NCBI GenBank assembly: GCA_044356395.1
Contig: JBIKWI010000001.1
Span: 3,921 to 67,920 of the forward strand
DNA length: 64,000 bases
Direction: 5' to 3'
Source: Tagaea sp.
Lineage (GTDB): Bacteria > Pseudomonadota > Alphaproteobacteria > CACIAM-22H2
How positions within the stretch are numbered: the stretch's first letter is position 1; each line of letters starts with the position of its first letter. This document shows, in pieces, positions 1-9,248 of the stretch. The notes beneath the pieces were generated by a model, which was given only the letters and a program-made list of their open reading frames with translations, was not told the origin of the DNA and searched no databases. The position numbers were made by a program, and so were the translations under genes.

Positions 1-1083
1 GGTTCCAGCGCATACGACGTCTACCAGATTCCGCCCTTCAATCGGCCCGCGTACCACAAGGCCGAGTGGCTGGCACCGCTCGATCCGTTCCTGTCGAATC
101 CGGCGCTGACTCCGGCTGCCTACGAGTTCAACGATTTCTTCCCGATCTCTGTCGCGCAGGGCGTTTCGTCGGGCAAGAGGTACGATCTCCCGATCTTCTC
201 GGCCACGATCCTGCTGTACTGGCGACGGGATATCTTCGCCAGGGCTGGACTCACCAAGCCCCCAGAGACGTTCGACGAGATGATGGAAACCTGCCGGATC
301 CTGCGCGAGCGGGTGCCGGATGTGGCACCGATCGGTCTGCGCGGCGCCGCCGGAGTCGAAGGAAACCTGTGGCCGTTCCCGATCCTCCTTTACGCGCAGG
401 GCGGAAAGTTCTTCCGGAACTTCCCGAGCGACATGCGTCCGGCACTTTCGGACCCGAACACGGTGAAAGCCGTCGAGATGTGGTCGACGCTTGTCCGCCA
501 GTATGGCTTTCCCGGTTCGGTCAACGCGACGCACGAGGAAGTCATCGTCGCGATGCAGCAGGGTCGGGTCGCGATGGTCATGGACGGCCACCCGCTTGCA
601 AACCTGTTCCTCAGTGCCGATCGTTCCCAGGCCCACGGCAAGACCGGAATAGCACCCGTGCCGCGCGGCCCGGCCGGCCGCTTTCCCGCCTTTGCCGAGC
701 ATGGGATCGGTATGGCCAAGAACGCACGCAACAAGCCGGCGGCGTGGGAGTTCATCAAGTGGGCGACAAGCAAGGGAGTGTTGCTCGATCTTGCGATGCG
801 CACGCCCTATGTCGCGTCGCCACGGCGCAGCACGGTGGACAATGCCGATTTCCAGAAGAAGAACAATTTGGCTGACGGCGAGTACCTTCCGGCCGTCCGG
901 CGCATGCTGGAGGAGCGCTCGCCCGTCTATACGCCGCCGATCCCGGAATGGGGCGAGGTCGGCGACGCGATCAGCAACGCTATCAGCCGCGCGACGATCG
1001 GCCGGCAGTCCGCGGCGGACGCGATGCGCCAGGCCGACGGCGAAGTCGAGCGCATACTGAGGCAGGCTGGGTACTTCCGCTAG
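1..1083 (+). CDS. Sugar ABC transporter periplasmic substrate-binding protein (CUT1 / family-1 SBP), 5'-truncated by window edge
   Basis: Open frame runs from base 1 to the stop at 1081-1083; the family-1 SBP C-terminal region ends in a RAGY motif shared with the SBP at 26515; two MalFG-type permease genes follow. Confidence 0.85.
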   Translation, partial: GSSAYDVYQIPPFNRPAYHKAEWLAPLDPFLSNPALTPAAYEFNDFFPISVAQGVSSGKRYDLPIFSATILLYWRRDIFARAGLTKPPETFDEMMETCRILRERVPDVAPIGLRGAAGVEGNLWPFPILLYAQGGKFFRNFPSDMRPALSDPNTVKAVEMWSTLVRQYGFPGSVNATHEEVIVAMQQGRVAMVMDGHPLANLFLSADRSQAHGKTGIAPVPRGPAGRFPAFAEHGIGMAKNARNKPAAWEFIKWATSKGVLLDLAMRTPYVASPRRSTVDNADFQKKNNLADGEYLPAVRRMLEERSPVYTPPIPEWGEVGDAISNAISRATIGRQSAADAMRQADGEVERILRQAGYFR

Positions 1084-1093
1084 GTAACGCCGC

Positions 1094-1975
1094 GTGAGCC
1101 GGACCGGACGCGAAAAAGGTACGCAGATCGTCATGGTGGCGCCGCTGGTGGCGGCGCTGCTTTTTCTGACAGTCATTCCGCTTGCCTTCGCGGTTCTCGT
1201 CAGTTTCACCGATCTCCGGCTCAACCGGCTTGCGCGATGGGACTGGATCGGCTTCGAGCACTATGTCCGTCTCGCCACCGACGCGCGTTGGTGGACGACG
1301 GTCTTTAACGGTCTCATCTATATCGTCGTTCCGACGGCCTTGCAGATGTTCCTCGGGCTGTCGCTCGCACTTCTGCTTCACTCGGCCATACGATCCCTGA
1401 AGGCCATACGGTCGCTGTTCATCCTGCCGATGGTGCTGCCGCCCGTCGTCGTTGGCGTCCTGTGGAAGGCTTTTCTTATCCCCGACCTCGGCGGCCTCGA
1501 CTACTTCATGTCTCTCCTCGGCCTGCGGACGCCGGGCTTTCTCGAAACGGCGAACGGCGCAATGGGCGCTCTCGTCCTGACCCTGACATGGGAGTGGACG
1601 CCGTACGTGATGCTGCTTCTGCTCGCCGGACTCGAGTCGTTGCCGCAGGATGTCTTCGAGGCGGCGCATATCGATGGCGCGAGCTCCTGGCAGGTGCTGC
1701 GCCACGTGACGATCCCGATGCTGATGCCGACAATCCTCGTCGTCCTGCTTTTCCGGATCATCGAAAGCACGAAGGTGTTTCCGGTAATCTTCACGATCAC
1801 CGGCGGCGGCCCGGGGAATGCGACCGAGAACATGGATTTCTACGCCTACCTCACGGGATTCCGGTACTTCGACCTCGGTTATTCGGCGACGATGCTCGTC
1901 GTCATCCTGCTGATGATGGCGGTCATCTGCGCGCCGCTCTACAGGTCGCTGGTCCGCCCGCAGATGCAGTCGTGA
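1094..1975 (+). CDS. Sugar ABC transporter permease (MalF/UgpA-like)
   Basis: Six-TM profile; EAA loop EAAHIDGASSWQVLRHVTIP; 10 nt after the SBP stop. Confidence 0.9.
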   Translation: MSRTGREKGTQIVMVAPLVAALLFLTVIPLAFAVLVSFTDLRLNRLARWDWIGFEHYVRLATDARWWTTVFNGLIYIVVPTALQMFLGLSLALLLHSAIRSLKAIRSLFILPMVLPPVVVGVLWKAFLIPDLGGLDYFMSLLGLRTPGFLETANGAMGALVLTLTWEWTPYVMLLLLAGLESLPQDVFEAAHIDGASSWQVLRHVTIPMLMPTILVVLLFRIIESTKVFPVIFTITGGGPGNATENMDFYAYLTGFRYFDLGYSATMLVVILLMMAVICAPLYRSLVRPQMQS

Positions 1976-1988
1976 GCCGGCTCCCGGA

Positions 1989-2819
1989 ATGATCGTCCGC
2001 CGCAGACTTCCGGTCGTCGCGATGTCGCTTGGAACGCTCGTGTTCCTGGTCCTGATCCTGCTTCCTCTATTCTGGATCGTGCTGCTGTCGCTGAAGACGC
2101 AGTTGCAGGCGTTCGACCGGACCCAGGTCTTCATCTTCTGGCCGACCCTCGACAACTACCGGCGCCTGCTGGAAGACGGGACATTCATGTCCTACCTTGT
2201 CAACAGTGTCGTCGTGGCGATCGGCACGGTCGTCGTCTCGCTTGCGGTTGGCGCACCGGCTGCCTATGTCGTGTCCAGATCCCGCTGGCGGGAGTTCCGC
2301 AACATCGCGCTGGGCTATTCCCTTTTCGTCCGGATCGTGCCGCCGACCGTCTTCATAATCCCGTACTTCTTGGCGGCGCGCGCTTTCGGAGTCAACGATA
2401 CGTGGTGGATCCTGATCGTCGCGTATGCGAATCTGAACATCCCCCTCGTCATGTGGTCGCTTTGGAGTTTCTTCAACGACGTGCCACGCGAACTGGACGA
2501 AGCCGCCCGGATCGACGGGGCAGGCCATTGGCAGATATTCCTCAAAGTCATCCTGCCGGTCTCCGCACCGGGTTTGACCGCAACCGCCATCCTGACGTTC
2601 ATCATGGCGTGGAACGAGTTTCTTCTTGCGCTCGTCCTCACGAGCCGCGAAGCGCGGACCCTTCCCGTTGCCATCGTCGGCTTCCTTGCCTATGAAGGGG
2701 CCGACTGGGGGCTTGTCTCGTCGGGTGCGGTTCTCGTGATGGCGCCGATCGTCGTGTTCACCGTATTCATCCGGAAGTACCTCGTCCAAGGCCTCGTCGG
2801 CGGGGCGCTAAAAGGATGA
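1989..2819 (+). CDS. Sugar ABC transporter permease (MalG/UgpE-like)
   Basis: EAA loop EAARIDGAGHWQIFLKVILP; follows the first permease. Confidence 0.9.
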   Translation: MIVRRRLPVVAMSLGTLVFLVLILLPLFWIVLLSLKTQLQAFDRTQVFIFWPTLDNYRRLLEDGTFMSYLVNSVVVAIGTVVVSLAVGAPAAYVVSRSRWREFRNIALGYSLFVRIVPPTVFIIPYFLAARAFGVNDTWWILIVAYANLNIPLVMWSLWSFFNDVPRELDEAARIDGAGHWQIFLKVILPVSAPGLTATAILTFIMAWNEFLLALVLTSREARTLPVAIVGFLAYEGADWGLVSSGAVLVMAPIVVFTVFIRKYLVQGLVGGALKG

Positions 2820-3841
2820 AGCCCAGATCGAATCCGACCCGGCCGGGACGGGCGCGGATCCGCGACGTGGCCGCGATGGCGAAAGTGTCGACGATGACCG
2901 TCGCTCGCGTGCTTCGGGATCCGGAGAGGGTCTCTGCAGAGACGAGAAAGCGGGTGGAGGCGGCACTGAAGTCGACCGGCTACACGCCGGATCTCGTCGC
3001 GCGCTCCCTGTCCGTGCGGCAGACGGGAGTCGTGGCTGTCCTCGTGCCGCATCTGGGTCACTCCAGCTTTACCGAGACGATCCAGGGGATGTCCGACGAG
3101 CTTTCCGACGACGGTTTCCACATTCTCGTGGGTGCAACGGGCTTCTCGCTCGAGAAGGAAGAGGCGATCGTCCGGGCTTTTCTTTCCCGGCGTGTCGATG
3201 CGATCTTCCTGACGGGAACGAGCCACTCCGCATCGACCGTCCGTCTGCTCGCCACGGCCGGAATTCCGGTCGTCGAGGGCAACAACATACCGGACACGCC
3301 GCTCGATCTTGTTGTCGGGTTCTCGAACGAGGTAGCTGCCCGGGCCGCGACCGAGCATCTCGTTTCGAAGGGTCATGCGAGGATCGCGCATATCGGCCTC
3401 GACGAGCGGAACAATGATCGTATGCGTGACCGCCATCTCGGCTATGCCCGGGCGCTCCGGTCGGCACGTATCCGCGTCAGGCCGGAGTGGTCGATCGTCA
3501 CGGATCTGGCCGTCGAGGCCGGAGCCCGGGCTTTGCGCCAGCTCTTGTCCATGAAGCCTTCGCCGACCGCGATCTTCTGTGCGTCCGACGTGCTCGCGAT
3601 CGGCGCAGTCCAGGAATGCAACAGGCTCGGAATCCGGATTCCACGCGAAATCGCGATCGTCGGGTTCGACGATCTGGAGTTTGCCGGCGAGCTGATTCCG
3701 GCCCTTACGACAATTCGGATCCCGCGCTACGAAATCGGCCGCGCGGCGGGAAGGATGTTGCGCGACTGCCTTGCAGGCCGTCGCATCTCCAAGCGGATCG
3801 TCGATCTCGGATTCGAACTGGTCGTCCGCGACAGTGCGTGA
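2816..3841 (+). CDS. LacI family transcriptional regulator
   Basis: N-terminal HTH IRDVAAMAKVSTMTVARVLRD; periplasmic-binding-fold C-terminus; ATGA overlap with the upstream permease stop. Confidence 0.9.
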   Translation: MKPRSNPTRPGRARIRDVAAMAKVSTMTVARVLRDPERVSAETRKRVEAALKSTGYTPDLVARSLSVRQTGVVAVLVPHLGHSSFTETIQGMSDELSDDGFHILVGATGFSLEKEEAIVRAFLSRRVDAIFLTGTSHSASTVRLLATAGIPVVEGNNIPDTPLDLVVGFSNEVAARAATEHLVSKGHARIAHIGLDERNNDRMRDRHLGYARALRSARIRVRPEWSIVTDLAVEAGARALRQLLSMKPSPTAIFCASDVLAIGAVQECNRLGIRIPREIAIVGFDDLEFAGELIPALTTIRIPRYEIGRAAGRMLRDCLAGRRISKRIVDLGFELVVRDSA

Positions 3842-3891
3842 GTTCACGACATTTCGCGTGCCGGCCGCCAACCGGAAGAGCGGGGCGTGAC

Positions 3892-4797
3892 ATGAAAATG
3901 ACCGTCGGATTCATCGGAATCGGAACGATCGGTGCGCCGATGGCGCGCAACATCCTGAAGGCGGGTTTTCCGCTGATCGTCTGCGACAGCAATCCATCTG
4001 CCATGGACGCGTTCGCGCGTACCGGCGCTCGGACGATGGCCCGACCGTCCGAAGTCGCCGCTGCCAGCGACCTCGTGATCACGATGCTTCCGGATTCGCC
4101 GGATGTCGAGGCCGTCGCGACGGGACCGGACGGGATCGCTTCGGCAATCCGCCCGGGCCGGATCTACATGGACATGAGCACGATCGATCCGGGAACGACC
4201 CGTCGTGTCGGCGTGGCGATGCGGGCGGCCGGTGCGCGAATGCTGGATGCGCCGGTCGCCCGCGCCGTCGAGGACGCGGAAAAGGGAACGCTTGCGATCA
4301 TGGTCGGCGGGGAGCCGTCGGATGTCGCCGAGGTCCGGCCGGTCCTCGACGTGATGGGGAACTACATCGTCCATGCCGGCCCGCTCGGCAACGGCCATGC
4401 GCTCAAGCTCGTGAATAACTATATCTCCGCCGGGATCCTTGCCCTGCATGCAGAAGCCCTCGCGTTCGGGATGAAGGCCGGACTGTCTCTCGAGAAGATC
4501 GTGGAGTTGGTCGGCAGCACGGGCGCATCCAGTGCGCAACTTCTCAAGATCCAGCCGGTGAAGAGCTATGTCGGGGACTTCCGGCGGGGATTCATGACCA
4601 GACTGGCGGCAAAGGATGTCCGCCTGGCTCTGGCGATGGCCAAGGATGCCGGTGTCGGTACGCCGGTCGGCCTGGGGCTGCAGTCTGCCCTCAAGGAGAC
4701 GTGTGAAAAGGGCTATGACACAGACGACATTTCGAGCGTCGTGCGGCTGCGCGAGGACGAGGCGGGCATCAAGGTCCGCTATGCGGGAAAGACCTAG
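3892..4797 (+). CDS. NAD(P)-dependent oxidoreductase, 3-hydroxyisobutyrate dehydrogenase / tartronate-semialdehyde reductase (HIBADH) family
   Basis: GFIGIGTIGAPMARNI Rossmann motif; KLVNNY catalytic-lysine motif; GGAAGAG RBS upstream of the ATG at 3892. The longer ORF 3487-4797 is an N-terminal over-extension into LacI. Confidence 0.85.
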   Translation: MKMTVGFIGIGTIGAPMARNILKAGFPLIVCDSNPSAMDAFARTGARTMARPSEVAAASDLVITMLPDSPDVEAVATGPDGIASAIRPGRIYMDMSTIDPGTTRRVGVAMRAAGARMLDAPVARAVEDAEKGTLAIMVGGEPSDVAEVRPVLDVMGNYIVHAGPLGNGHALKLVNNYISAGILALHAEALAFGMKAGLSLEKIVELVGSTGASSAQLLKIQPVKSYVGDFRRGFMTRLAAKDVRLALAMAKDAGVGTPVGLGLQSALKETCEKGYDTDDISSVVRLREDEAGIKVRYAGKT

Positions 4798-4800
4798 CGG

Positions 4801-5637
4801 CTAGATGGCCGCGAGCCTGTAGATGCGCCGTGCATTGCCACCCTCGAGCGCCAGACGATCCGGAATCGGCAGCGCCGCCCTGTCGAGCAAGGTCCGGCTT
4901 GCCGAAGCCCATCGGGCATAACCGCCACGCAGGTTGATGACCGGCCAGTTGCTGGCCCACATGATCCTTGCCGGGCCGAAGCATGCCAGCAGGTGTCGAA
5001 ACGCCGGTTCGAGCATTTCCGCTTCCCAGTTTTTCGGTGCTTCCTCGGCAAGTCCGGAAAACTTCGTCGAGACCGACGGAAAAGCGGCGATCCGTTCGAT
5101 CGCATCGGTCCAGTCCCGTCTGTCGGTTCGCCGCAAGGGCGCACTCGCGCCATGATCGACGACGATGCGAAGATCCGGAAATGCAGCTGCGACAGCCGCG
5201 ATCGCAGTCGCGTGTTCGGCGCGCGCAATGACATCGAGCGACAGACCTGCCTCGACAAGTGCCGCGAGGCCGGGGCGAATTCGGTCTTCGGCGAGCCAGT
5301 CGACCGGATCGACACGATTTAGCATGGCCCGGACGCCGACGATCTTCGGACGTGCGGCGAGTGCGCGGACGCACTCGCGCACATCGCCGGCGGAAAGATC
5401 GACCCATCCGACGACTCCGCGAACTTCGGCGATGTTCGCGCTCACGTCGATCAGATGATCCGTCTCGCCGGAATCCGGGGCGGACTGGATCGCAACCGCG
5501 CCGGTCACTCCGGCATTTTCCATCAGCGGCCGCAAGTCGTCCGGCATGGCCTGACGCGCGAGCGACGGCTCACGACGGACAATGAGGATGTCGTCCTTGC
5601 GATGCATGTCCCAGAAATGCACATGTGCGTCGATCAT
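4801..5637 (-). CDS. Amidohydrolase-2 family hydrolase (lactonase-like, e.g. aldonolactonase)
   Basis: Starts MIDAHVHFWD, the metal-binding motif of amidohydrolase_2 lactonases; start ATG shares ATGA with the upstream AKR stop. The 345-aa ORF is an N-terminal extension. Confidence 0.8.
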   Translation of the reverse strand: MIDAHVHFWDMHRKDDILIVRREPSLARQAMPDDLRPLMENAGVTGAVAIQSAPDSGETDHLIDVSANIAEVRGVVGWVDLSAGDVRECVRALAARPKIVGVRAMLNRVDPVDWLAEDRIRPGLAALVEAGLSLDVIARAEHATAIAAVAAAFPDLRIVVDHGASAPLRRTDRRDWTDAIERIAAFPSVSTKFSGLAEEAPKNWEAEMLEPAFRHLLACFGPARIMWASNWPVINLRGGYARWASASRTLLDRAALPIPDRLALEGGNARRIYRLAAI

Positions 5638-6569
5638 GGCAACGGACACGCCCGGTCGATGAGACCGGTCTGCTGGAGCGATCGCCAGAATGCTCCTGGA
5701 ATGGGAACCTCGAGCATGTCGAGGCAGTCCCGGAGTTCGCGGGGACTGCGTGCGCCCAACAGAAGGGTCCGGATGGCCGGATGTGCGAGCGGAAACTGCA
5801 ACGCCGCTGCCCGGAGCGGAATGCCGTAGCTCGCACAAAGCGCTTCGATCGATCGCGTCCGTTCCAGAATGGCCGCAGGTGCCGGATCATAGTGGAACAC
5901 GGCGCCTGCGACCGCACCGGTCGCGAGGATGCCCGAGTTGAAGACGCCACCGACGATCAGCCGCGTGTCCGCACGCTCGGCGACCGGGACGAGACCGAGC
6001 ATGGACTGGTCGAGAAGCGTGTATCGGCCGGCGACAAGGACGGCGTCGAAGCGGGCCCGTGCCATCAGGTCGAGCGGCGCTTCGACCTTGTTAGCCCCGA
6101 TCCCGATGCCGCCGATCCTGCCGCTCGAACGAAGTCGTTCGAGTTCCGGGTAGGCCGCCATCGCTGCGTCCGTCCGGCCTTCGACGTCGTGGAGATGCAC
6201 CAGGTCGAGGCGATCGGCGACGAGCCGCCGAAGACTGTTCTCGATGGAGCGTCGTGTCGCATCGGGCGAATAGTCCCAGATGTCGGCCGCCCGGCGGACG
6301 CCGCCCGGCGGAGCGGCGGCTTGCCCGTAAGGCCGGCTTACACCTGTCTTCGTCGAGAGGAAAAACGCATCCCGCGGTCGGCGCGACAGTGCGCGGCCGA
6401 TCCTCTCTTCCGAGAGTCCGCCGCCATAGAGCGGCGACGTGTCGAACGTCCGGATGCCTGCGTCCCAGGCAGCGTCGATCGCGGCCAAGGCATCCGCATC
6501 GTCGACCGGATCGAAAAGCACGCCTAAGGCGGCTCCGCCCAGACCGAGGCGCTCGTAAGGAATTCTCAT
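5634..6569 (-). CDS. Aldo/keto reductase family oxidoreductase
   Basis: MRIPYERLGLGGAALG...DTSPLYGGG AKR signature; ATGA overlaps at both ends. Confidence 0.85.
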   Translation of the reverse strand: MRIPYERLGLGGAALGVLFDPVDDADALAAIDAAWDAGIRTFDTSPLYGGGLSEERIGRALSRRPRDAFFLSTKTGVSRPYGQAAAPPGGVRRAADIWDYSPDATRRSIENSLRRLVADRLDLVHLHDVEGRTDAAMAAYPELERLRSSGRIGGIGIGANKVEAPLDLMARARFDAVLVAGRYTLLDQSMLGLVPVAERADTRLIVGGVFNSGILATGAVAGAVFHYDPAPAAILERTRSIEALCASYGIPLRAAALQFPLAHPAIRTLLLGARSPRELRDCLDMLEVPIPGAFWRSLQQTGLIDRACPLP

Positions 6570-7327
6570 CGCTGGACGATCCCCCAGCGCTGGACCGTCG
6601 CCCGCTCGAGCGGGACAAACACCAGCCGATCCATCACCAGCCAGATCAGGCCGATCGCGATCATGCCGATCAGGACCGTTTCGGTGCGATACCACTGGAC
6701 TGCTTCGATCGTCATGTATCCGAGACCGTTTGTTCCGGCGATCATTTCACCGGCCACCAATGCCCGCCACCCGTAGGCCATTGCGGTCCGGAACCCGACG
6801 ATTAGCTGGACCAGCGCGCCAGGCAGAATCAGGACTGTGGCAAGGCTCAGACCGCGTCCGCCAAGCGAGCGGACGGCGCGGTGAAGCGCCTGCGGGATCG
6901 CCTGCACGCCGATCACCGTGTTGTAGAGCATTGCGAAAAAAATCGTGTTCGCGATGACGAAAACGACCGACCCGATGCCGATGCCGAACCAGATGATCGC
7001 AAGTGGTACCCACGCGATGCCGGCGATCGATTGGAGGAAAGTCAGCAGGGGCTTGAGCGTGTCCGCGACGTGACGGTTGAGCGCGATCGCGATGCCGAGC
7101 GGCACGGCAATGCCCGCACCCAGGGCGAAGCCGAGCGCGAGACGGCCGAGAGAGCCGGCGATATGGCCTGCGAGCGTTCCGTCCGCCGCGATCTCCCGCA
7201 GATGTATCCATACGTCCGGTAGCGGCGGCAGCATGTAGGAAGGATAGTCGATCGCAAGGGGCAGGATTGCCCAGATCGAGAGCGCCAGTCCGAAAGGCAC
7301 GAGCCCGATGAGCGAAGCGGCTTTCAT
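6566..7327 (-). CDS. ABC transporter permease, NitT/TauT (SsuC-like) family
   Basis: Six-TM binding-protein-dependent transport permease profile; ATGA overlap with the upstream permease. Confidence 0.85.
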   Translation of the reverse strand: MKAASLIGLVPFGLALSIWAILPLAIDYPSYMLPPLPDVWIHLREIAADGTLAGHIAGSLGRLALGFALGAGIAVPLGIAIALNRHVADTLKPLLTFLQSIAGIAWVPLAIIWFGIGIGSVVFVIANTIFFAMLYNTVIGVQAIPQALHRAVRSLGGRGLSLATVLILPGALVQLIVGFRTAMAYGWRALVAGEMIAGTNGLGYMTIEAVQWYRTETVLIGMIAIGLIWLVMDRLVFVPLERATVQRWGIVQR

Positions 7328-8142
7328 GCGCGCTGCTCCGCCTCGATCACGAGACCCCAGCGCTCGACGGTCGCCCGCTCGACGGGCTTCAGGTAGAACT
7401 GGTCGATCAGCAGCCAGAGCAGGCCGACCGAGATCATGCCCACGATCGTGCGCGCCGTCTGCTGGGTCTGTGCGCCTTCGAAAATCAGGTAGCCGAGCCC
7501 GGTCTTCGCCGCGACGATCTCAGCGAAGATCAGTCCCCGGAACGCGAAACCCGCACCGACACGCAGGCCAGTGATGATGCTCGGCAGGGCTGCCGGCAGG
7601 ATGACGTTGACCAGCACCTGCCATCGGTTCGCGCCAAGAACCCGGACGGCGTTGATCAGCGGCTGCGGAACCGTGCGGACCCCTACCAGCGTGTTGTAGA
7701 CGACAGGGAAGAACACCACATAAGTCAATGCGATCAGGATCGTCTTGTAGCCGTAGCCCCACCAGATGACGAATATGGGTATCCATGCGACCTCGACGAT
7801 CGCGAAGAGGAAGTTGATCGTCGGCGACAGAAGACGCGAGGCGGTCGCGTTGAGCCCGATGAGGATGCCGAAGAATATGCCGGCGCATGCGCCGATCGCG
7901 ACGCCTACCGTATAGCGCTCAAGGCTGTCGATGATATAGACCGGCAGGATCCCTTTGCGCACGAGATCGACGAATGCAGCCGCGACGTCGGAAGGTGCCG
8001 GATAGAAGTACGGCTCGAGCCCGACAAGCGGGACCGATATCTGCCATGCCGCCAGGAAAAGCAGGATGCCGAGCGCGCCCTTTGCAGGGCGTTCGAGCTT
8101 CTTGCGCAGCGGAATGCCGGAGGACGCTATCGACCCGGCCAT
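7324..8142 (-). CDS. ABC transporter permease, NitT/TauT family (second permease of the same importer)
   Basis: Start taken at MAGSIASSG (ATG at 8142); SsuC-like profile; the 413-aa ORF upstream of it is a low-complexity extension. Confidence 0.8.
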   Translation of the reverse strand: MAGSIASSGIPLRKKLERPAKGALGILLFLAAWQISVPLVGLEPYFYPAPSDVAAAFVDLVRKGILPVYIIDSLERYTVGVAIGACAGIFFGILIGLNATASRLLSPTINFLFAIVEVAWIPIFVIWWGYGYKTILIALTYVVFFPVVYNTLVGVRTVPQPLINAVRVLGANRWQVLVNVILPAALPSIITGLRVGAGFAFRGLIFAEIVAAKTGLGYLIFEGAQTQQTARTIVGMISVGLLWLLIDQFYLKPVERATVERWGLVIEAEQRA

Positions 8143-8450
8143 TTCCGCACCCCGCGCACCCAGTAGGCGGCTGCGGCTTCGCGCAGCGCCGTCGGGTCGA
8201 CATCCATCAGGAATATCTCCGTGCCGCGCACCTCGATCAGGCGACCGATGGCTTGGAGCCGGGTCACGTGAAATCCTTCCGGCGCGAACGCCAGCGTAAC
8301 GATGTAGTGATCCTTGGCTGTTCCAACCCCACCTGCTTGAGCAAGGGTGTCGGCATGGTAGCGCCCCCACGCCGTCCATGCCGCTGCGACGGCAAGGACA
8401 GCGATCGTCGCGGCAAAAGTCCGGAAAAGCGGGTGCCGGCGGTCGATCAT
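8127..8450 (-). CDS. Hypothetical 107-aa protein with a single N-terminal TM helix, embedded in the ABC importer operon
   Basis: ATG at 8450 shares ATGA with the ATPase stop; the 3' end overlaps the next permease start by 16 nt. Codon usage and GC3 match neighbouring genes. Without it there would be an unexplained ~300-bp gap in an otherwise tightly coupled operon. No family recognised. Confidence 0.55.
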   Translation of the reverse strand: MIDRRHPLFRTFAATIAVLAVAAAWTAWGRYHADTLAQAGGVGTAKDHYIVTLAFAPEGFHVTRLQAIGRLIEVRGTEIFLMDVDPTALREAAAAYWVRGVRKWPGR

Positions 8451-9235
8451 GCGGCCTGCCGGTCCACGCCGCGGACCGAAGCGAGGACATGATCCTTGAT
8501 GCGGGCGAACTCGGCATCTGTACCCAACTGCGACCAGATACGCCGGTCGCGGGCGATCGGCACATCGACGATTTCCTTCACGCGACCGGGCCCGGGTGTC
8601 AGCACGGCGACACGGTCGCCGAGAAAGCATGCCTCCTCGACGCTGTGCGTGACGAAAAGGACCGTGATTCGCGCGGCAGCCCAGATACGAAGCAACTCCT
8701 CCTGGAGTGTCATCCGGGTCTGGGCATCGATGGCCGCGAACGGTTCGTCCATCAGCATGACCTCCGGCTCGTTCGCCAGGGTCCGTGCGACGGCCGTGCG
8801 TTGCTTCATGCCGCCGGATAGTTCGTGGGGATATTTCTGCGCTGCGTCCGCCAGATTCGCCATTTCCAGATAGTGCCGCGCACGCTCGTGACGCTCGGCC
8901 TTCGGGACGCCCTTCAACTTGGGGCCGAGCGCCACGTTGTCGAGCACCGTCATCCAGGGAAGCAGCGCGTACTCCTGGAACACGACGCCCCGATCGGCGC
9001 CCGGACCGTCGATCGGCCGCCCGTCGAGAGTGAGGATCCCGGCGCGCGGCTTGAGGAACCCCGCGATCGCCGATATCAGCGTCGACTTTCCGCAGCCGCT
9101 CGGACCAACGACGCAGAAGAACTCGTCGGCGAGGACATCGAGCGACAGGCCGTCGACCGCGACGTGGCGCTCGCCACGCGTCTCGTCGCGGTACTCCAGC
9201 CTGAGATCGCGCGCGGCGATCCGGACATTCGTCAT
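8447..9235 (-). CDS. ABC transporter ATP-binding protein, NitT/TauT family
   Basis: Walker A GPSGCGKST; signature LSGGMKQR; Walker B LLMDEP; start at MTNVRIAARDL. Confidence 0.9.
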   Translation of the reverse strand: MTNVRIAARDLRLEYRDETRGERHVAVDGLSLDVLADEFFCVVGPSGCGKSTLISAIAGFLKPRAGILTLDGRPIDGPGADRGVVFQEYALLPWMTVLDNVALGPKLKGVPKAERHERARHYLEMANLADAAQKYPHELSGGMKQRTAVARTLANEPEVMLMDEPFAAIDAQTRMTLQEELLRIWAAARITVLFVTHSVEEACFLGDRVAVLTPGPGRVKEIVDVPIARDRRIWSQLGTDAEFARIKDHVLASVRGVDRQAA

Positions 9236-9248
9236 CGTTCCGGCCCTC

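Noticed and set aside
66-875. 269-aa plus-strand ORF (Arg/Ala/Gly-rich) at the start of the window
   Set aside because: Same strand but a different frame from the SBP coding sequence, which runs continuously from base 1; composition looks non-protein.
2690-3871. 393-aa minus-strand ORF antisense to the LacI gene
   Set aside because: Antisense artefact; LacI on the plus strand has a clear HTH and an ATGA coupling to the upstream permease.
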